From Prionailurus viverrinus (taxonomy: Eukaryota), in NCBI RefSeq assembly GCF_022837055.1, contig NC_062566.1, positions 66,798,464 through 66,862,463 of the forward strand: a stretch of 64,000 nucleotides of DNA, read 5' to 3'. Made by a program: the position numbers and the translations under genes. The first letter of the stretch is position 1, and each line of letters starts with the position of its first letter. A model generated the notes under the pieces. It did no database searches, had not been told where the DNA came from, and saw nothing but the letters and a program-made list of their open reading frames with translations. This document shows, piece by piece, positions 59,220 through 64,000 of this stretch.

Positions 59220-60685
59220 AAAGTTATATCTTCAAAATATATCTCAGTAATTCTCACTGACTACCATAAAAAATAACAACTAAGAGAAGAAAAACTAAAA
59301 ATAAAAATAAATTTTTAAAAATGTGGGGGGTATGGTAATTACTACCAAGAAACTTGACAAATACAATAGTCTAGTAGATAAAAATAAACTTTGGAGTTAC
59401 ATAGATCTGACCTGCCTCTTATGAACTGGGTGTTACGGGCTGAATTGTGATCCTGCCTCCCAAATGCATATGTTTTAAACCCTCCCACGAGCTCAGAATG
59501 TGACTGTATTTGGAGATAGGACCTTTAAAGAAGTAATTAAGGTAAAACAGGTCATATGAGTGGGCCTTCATCCAGTATCACCAGTGTCCTTTTAAGAAGA
59601 TGAGATTAGCACATAGACACAGAGGGAGGATAGTGATTGGGAAGACAGGGAAGAAGACAGCCATCTACAATCCAAGGAGAAAAGCCTTAGAAGAAACCTA
59701 CACTGTAGACACCTTTATCTTGGATTTCTAGCTTTCAGAATTCAGAAAATAAATGTCTGTTGTTTGAGCCACCCAGTGTGTGAGCTAGCTATGGCAGCCC
59801 TAGCAAACAAATAGACTGTGTGAGCTTGAATAAATTACTTAAAATGTTCTAAAGCTCAAATTCTTTAGCCATAAAATGGGGACAAAAACAATACCTACCC
59901 TGTAGGGTTGTTGTAAGAATTAATGTATGTAAAGTTCATACCATAGTAAGCACCAAATAAATTCTAGCTTTTATTATTTTGAAGGTTAAATGAGATTATG
60001 CACGTTAAAGCACTTTACTCAGTGTCTAGTACACAAAGAAACCTCTGCTGAGTATTAGCTAGTTGTAATAAATTTTCCATTTTTAGTACATTTTCCTATC
60101 TCCAAACTAATGCCTTTTAGACCAGTCTAGCTTATTTGTGCTATAATTAAGTTAGATGCAACAGATTTTAACCTACCAACGAAAGAAATTAACCAAACCA
60201 ATCCCATCCAACAAGCATTTGTTGAGCATCTACATTTTGTTAGATTTATTCCCAAATACTTAATACACTTTGATGTTATATTAAATACTATCATTTCTTA
60301 AAAATTCTATTTCTATTTGTTTGAAGCTCTGTTATAAAAATGCAATTTATTCTTACAGGTTATTTTCTATCAGCCTTGTTAAACTTTCCTATTGAGTTAA
60401 AAATGTTATCCTGTAGTTTCTTCTGGATTGTTTATATTCACAATCAAACCACATGCAAACAATGAGAATTTTGTTTTCTTTTTTCTAAATTTTATGTGTT
60501 TTGATAAACAAAATTCTTTAATTTTAATGTAATTAAATGCATTAATATTTTCTCTTATACTCGGTGACTTTTGTCTTAAGAAACCCCTTCCTTACCTCAA
60601 GATCTAAAAGATATTTGTGTGTATTTTCTGCCTAAGAGTTTTCAAGTTTTATTTTTGAATATTAGTCCTTAACCCATCTGTCGTT

Positions 60686-60687
<2 letters not shown>

Positions 60688-60716
<29 letters not shown>
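60688..60716 (+). repeat. (AC)n microsatellite
   Basis: The run reads acacacacacacacacacacacacacacg. Confidence 0.95.
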
Positions 60717-60719
<3 letters not shown>

Positions 60720-61554
60720 GTAGGACAAAATATAGTTTCTAGCCTAGCTTGCTGTGGAAACTAGCTGCCTCTCCGACTGATCTCATACCACGCTTCCTTT
60801 TGCACTCATTGTTTCAGCCATTTTTCTCCCCTGTTCACTTTGTGATTCTCCAATACAGCTCAACTCCTGTCATGGCCTCAGTGATGAGTTCCGCAGTTTA
60901 CTCTCCCATTAGAACTTCCTTCCATTGTAGCTGTACTTTTGCTTCTGCTTGTGTGATTACTTGATTAATATCTGCCCGCAGCTACACTGTGAACTCCATG
61001 AAGACATGAGTTCTATCTTGGCCAAAATATTCTCTATCTTGACCAAACTATTGTAACCCCCAAACCCAGTAAGGTCCCCAATAAATATTTGTTGAAGTAA
61101 TGAATATATAAATATCTCTGTATCTATACATATAATGAAAATCACCAACACCAGGGTTGCCGGGTGTTATCGGTAAGAATGAAGACCCTCACATTCAGAG
61201 GGTCTGGGATAGGGGGCGGGGATCTGAAGTCTGTTTGTTATGCTTGTTAGGTGCACTGCCCTCACCCTCTGTGGGGCGGTGGCACCCAAATATCTGAGAA
61301 CTCCTAATGTCATCACCAAGTACCTTTGTAAAAGCCAAATGACCAGGTTTCTCTGGTCTTCAAAGTCTCCCTAGATCATTAGCATTCCCATAGCTCCCTG
61401 ACCCTTGTATCCCCCTTTCTTCCCCTAGCCAAACTCAACTTTCTGAAGCTTTCACTACTCAAACTTCCACTATTAGAGCTTTCTATTCTAGGATTTCCAC
61501 TATTAGCTAGGATTTGTAATTGTAACTTTCTCCTTGTCCCGCTTTATTTTTTTC

Positions 61555-61558
61555 AAAA
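61555..61558 (-). terminator. RPPH1: Pol III T4 terminator of RPPH1
   Basis: A TTTT run on the minus strand lies immediately 3' of the H1 RNA end. Confidence 0.7.
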
Positions 61559-61901
61559 GCAGGACGGGGGAGAGTAGTCTGAATTGGGTTATGAAGCCCC
61601 CCCGTTGGGGGGTACCTCACCTCAGCCATTGAACTCACTTCGCTGGCCGTGAGTCTTTTCCAAGCTCCGGCTAAGGAGGCATCCGCCAGGCCCCTCCTCG
61701 AGGGCGGGGTCCATGGCATCTCCTGCCCAGTCTGCCCTCGCGCGGAGCCCCGTTCTCTGGGAACTCACCTCCCCGAAACTCAGGGAGGACCCTGTTAGGG
61801 CCGCTTTTGGCCCTAGTCTCAGACCTTCCCAGGGGACATGGGGTAGAGTGACTTAAGGCACTCAGCGCGTAGCCCCACCGATGAGCTTCCCTCCGCCCTA
61901 T
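61559..61901 (-). ncRNA. RPPH1: RPPH1, the RNase P RNA component H1 (about 343 nt, Pol III transcript)
   Basis: The reverse complement begins ATAGGGCGGAGGGAAGCTCATCGGTGGGGCTACGCGCTGAGTG and ends ...GGTACCCCCCAACGGGGGGGCTTCATAACCCAATTCAGACTACTCTCCCCCGTCCTGC followed by TTTT. This is closely similar to the human H1 RNA. Confidence 0.9.
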
Positions 61902-62129
61902 GGGAAACGGTGGCCCCGCCGAGCATTTATAAGACTCCCATATCTAAAGACATTTCTCAGTTATGGTGATTTCCCACAACACACAGCAACATGCAAATAT
62001 CGAGGGGTGTACCGCCCCTGTCCTTTGTAGACGTCTTCTCTCCAGGACGCACGCGCGCTGTATTCCCGCCTTGTGACTCTAGGCGGGCGATTCCTGGGAG
62101 AGGGTTGATGACGTCCAAGTTCTGGCTTC
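61902..62129. promoter_or_regulatory. Bidirectional RPPH1 (Pol III type 3) / PARP2 (Pol II) promoter. Minus-strand elements are a TATA box at 61926-61933, a PSE at about 61951-61969 (TCACCATAACTGAGAAATG) and an octamer ATTTGCAT at 61991-61998. A CRE-like TGACGTC sits at 62108-62114, 16 nt upstream of the PARP2 ATG.
   Basis: The reverse complement of 61905-62110 aligns with the human H1 promoter (ATATTTGCATGT...GGGAAATCACCATAA...CTTATAA), and the element spacing fits TSS -30, -55 and -95. RPPH1 and PARP2 are known to share a bidirectional promoter. Confidence 0.8.
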
Positions 62130-62172
62130 ATGGCGGCCCGGCGGCGGGGGACTCGCAGCGGTAGGGCACGAG
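62130..62172 (+). CDS. PARP2: PARP2 exon 1 coding part: MAARRRGTRSGRAR(A), with a donor gttcgg at 62173. An alternative, stronger GTAGGG donor at 62161 would give MAARRRGTRS(A). Both options are phase 1 and compatible with exon 2.
   Basis: The ATG at 62130 is followed by ATGGCGGCCCGGCGGCGGGGG.... The residues SGRAR match the human MAARRRRSTGGGRAR|ALNES, which favours the longer exon. Confidence 0.6.
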
Positions 62173-63144
62173 GTTCGGAGCACATTGTAGGGGGCTAATG
62201 CTGGAGGGGCGGGGAGTCTGAAGGGAACGGTGCCCTCTGCCCTAGCCCCTCCCCTTCCGTCGCCCTTTGACCCGCCCTTAGCTATCAAGCTAGTTTAGGT
62301 GTAAAACTCTTAAAATTTCGGTTCTCAGACCTTTTTGGATTACAGAATTATGAGAAGGGCTTGCTTGTAGACATCTAATAACTAACAGTGCCAGCACTAT
62401 TTTAAACACCTAATGTCCAATTAAAAAAATTTACTTGTAAGGTGCATCATTATGTATCACTAAGAAAGGAAAAATGCTTCCAACTAAAACGTGATTCATT
62501 GCTTATATGTCATCCACTGTAGGATGCATACCAGTTTCAGAGATAGTAAAATTCAGGTTTTAGGACTAATGAGCCATCATACTCTCTGTGTACTATGTTT
62601 TTAAGTGCATAAGTCCGTCCTACAAATTATATACTATTTTTGTCATCCTCTGGATTTTACAGTGGGGGCAACTAAAGTACAAAGAGATGAAATAACTTCT
62701 ACAGGGTTTCACAGCCAGAAGAGACAGGGCTAGGCTCTAAGCTAGACAACTCCAGAGCACTCTATTAACCACAATCTCATACCACCTTAGTTTGAGGATA
62801 GATGTTGAGAACGTTTGGGGGCATGAGTAAATAGAGATAAGCAGGCTATGAGACTCTTGCCTTAGGCTATGAGCTCACAAGAGCCCGTGGGGCTCCATTT
62901 TAATTTAATTTAATTTAAGTTTAGTTTAGTTTATTATTTGGCTAGAATAGCAGTTTAGGAAGTGATTTCTCAGACTATTATCAAGAACAGTGGTATGCAG
63001 TTATTATTTCTTTGTAAATTTACAAAACCATCTTGAGCCATTTCTTTAAAAAGATGATGTTTTTTCAAAGTAGGATCGTGTTCAGTGGGTACTCATTCTT
63101 TCTTTTGGTTCTTTGCCCATTCTTTGTGCCCATAGCTTCTGTAG

Positions 63145-63297
63145 CATTAAACAAAGCTGGAAGAGTTAATAATAGCAACGTAGCTACAGAAGACTGGCCT
63201 CCTGCAAAGAAAACTCGAAGATGTGAAAGGCAGGGGGTAAAGAAGGAGCCTGTGACTGAAGGAAAGGCCAATACTGACAGGACAGAAGATAAGCAAG
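63145..63297 (+). CDS. PARP2: PARP2 exon 2: (A)LNKAGRVNNSNVATEDWPPAKKTRRCERQGVKKEPVTEGKANTDRTEDKQ
   Basis: The acceptor is ttctgtag|CATTAAAC and the donor is AAGCAAG|gtcagc. The ORF track entry at 63033..63329 contains this peptide, which matches the human PARP2 N-terminal region ALNESKRVNNGNTAPEDSSPAKKTRRCQRQ.... Confidence 0.85.
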
Positions 63298-63588
63298 GTC
63301 AGCTTCAAGTGGTAGGCCAGGGAGGCTAGCAAGAATGTCTATGGGAGGCTGCGGGTGAAGGATGTCTTGTTCTTTCAACTCTTCTTCCTTTCTCGAAGAT
63401 ATAATTAATATTCTATCCTTTGGGTGTAGTACTCATCTACTTTCTCGGAATCTTCAGTTTCATGTAGTTTAAACAGCTTGAGAACTGGGCAGATCAGGAT
63501 TGCTTGGGAAGGGCAAAGTTAATTATGACATGATAACTATTTTTGATCCTCATATAAGTAGCTGTAGTCCGTATCTGTCTTTCCTCAG

Positions 63589-63659
63589 AGTCTGTGAAGA
63601 CTTTGCTGTTAAAGGGAAAAGCTCCTGTGGACCCGGAGTGCACAGCCAAGGTGGGGAAG
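63589..63659 (+). CDS. PARP2: PARP2 exon 3: ESVKTLLLKGKAPVDPECTAKVGK
   Basis: The acceptor is tttcctcag|AGTCTGTG and the donor is GGGGAAG|gtgaga. The frame is continuous with exon 2 and the translation matches the human SESVKALLLKGKAPVDPECTAKVGK. Confidence 0.85.
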
Positions 63660-64000
63660 GTGAGAGACTCCTCTGCCCATCGGTTTCTCAGAAAGCAGTT
63701 GTTCATTTGTTACTTGGATTCTTGTCCAGAACATTGCTAGGACTCATTTTAAGAGTCCTTTCCCAAATACTGCTTGTGATTAATTTTCTCCAAGACTAAG
63801 AGATGGAAGTGGTGGAGTTTGGGGATAATAATCGGTATTTCTAACTTCTGGGGTTGTCATCAGCTTCCCACACCTCATTCTCTTTCTCAATTAGAAAATT
63901 ATACCATTATGAAGGAAGAACCATCTCTGTTCTAATGAGAAACTGCCCTGGTATGGTGTGAGTTACTGATAAATGTGAAAAGGATGTGAAGAATACAGAA

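Noticed and set aside
1502-59221. Dozens of 60-100 aa ORFs on the six-frame track with similar peptides, for example MAQSVKHPTSAQVMISRFV...SGSVLTAQSLEPASDSVSPSLS and MGQRETEHERGRGRERGRHRI...
   Set aside because: These are translations of the Can-SINE consensus in either orientation. They recur wherever a SINE is present and have no start or stop context. They are not genes.
61190-61300. GC-box cluster (GGGGGCGGGG, GGGGCGGTGG) just 3' of RPPH1
   Set aside because: These are probably part of the same CpG island that spans RPPH1 and PARP2. I cannot assign an independent function from sequence alone.

Overview
This window is vertebrate chromosomal DNA, not a prokaryotic or mobile-system locus. 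It is orthologous to human 14q11.2 and carries the TTC5 – CCNB1IP1 – RPPH1 – PARP2 gene cluster. The species is a carnivore, most probably a felid. About 50 tRNA-Lys-derived carnivore SINEs (Can-SINE / SINEC type, tails ending ...CAAAAATAAATAAACATTAAAAA) make up roughly 15% of the sequence. Carnivore L1 3' ends, MIR fragments and many microsatellites are also present. 

On the minus strand I can reconstruct two complete coding genes and one RNA gene:
- TTC5: 10 exons, 1323 nt of CDS giving 440 aa. It spans coordinates 3981 to 23232.
- CCNB1IP1 (HEI10, a RING E3 ligase): 3 coding exons, 834 nt giving 277 aa, from 28540 to 38634. A CpG-island promoter lies near 40.0-40.3 kb.
- RPPH1 (RNase P RNA H1): 61559 to 61901.

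On the plus strand are PARP2 exons 1-3, starting from an ATG at 62130. PARP2 and RPPH1 share the known compact bidirectional Pol II / Pol III promoter with octamer, PSE and TATA elements intact. 

I see no CRISPR array, defence island, operon or other undescribed 'system'. Every open reading frame outside the four genes is explained by SINE, L1 or microsatellite sequence, or by CpG-island GC richness. 

The observations most worth a second look are:
- Five near-identical, CpG-intact SINE copies, each flanked by a perfect target-site duplication, pointing to very recent retrotransposition.
- A tail-to-tail inverted SINE pair that forms a palindrome with arms of about 200 bp.
- A 39-nt PARP2 alternative-donor extension that carries an in-frame stop codon in this species.
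- A 20-nt poly-T tract serving as the polypyrimidine tract for the TTC5 exon 8 acceptor.
- Strong antisense orientation bias of the SINEs.

All coordinates were derived by hand and should be treated as accurate to about ±2 nt.
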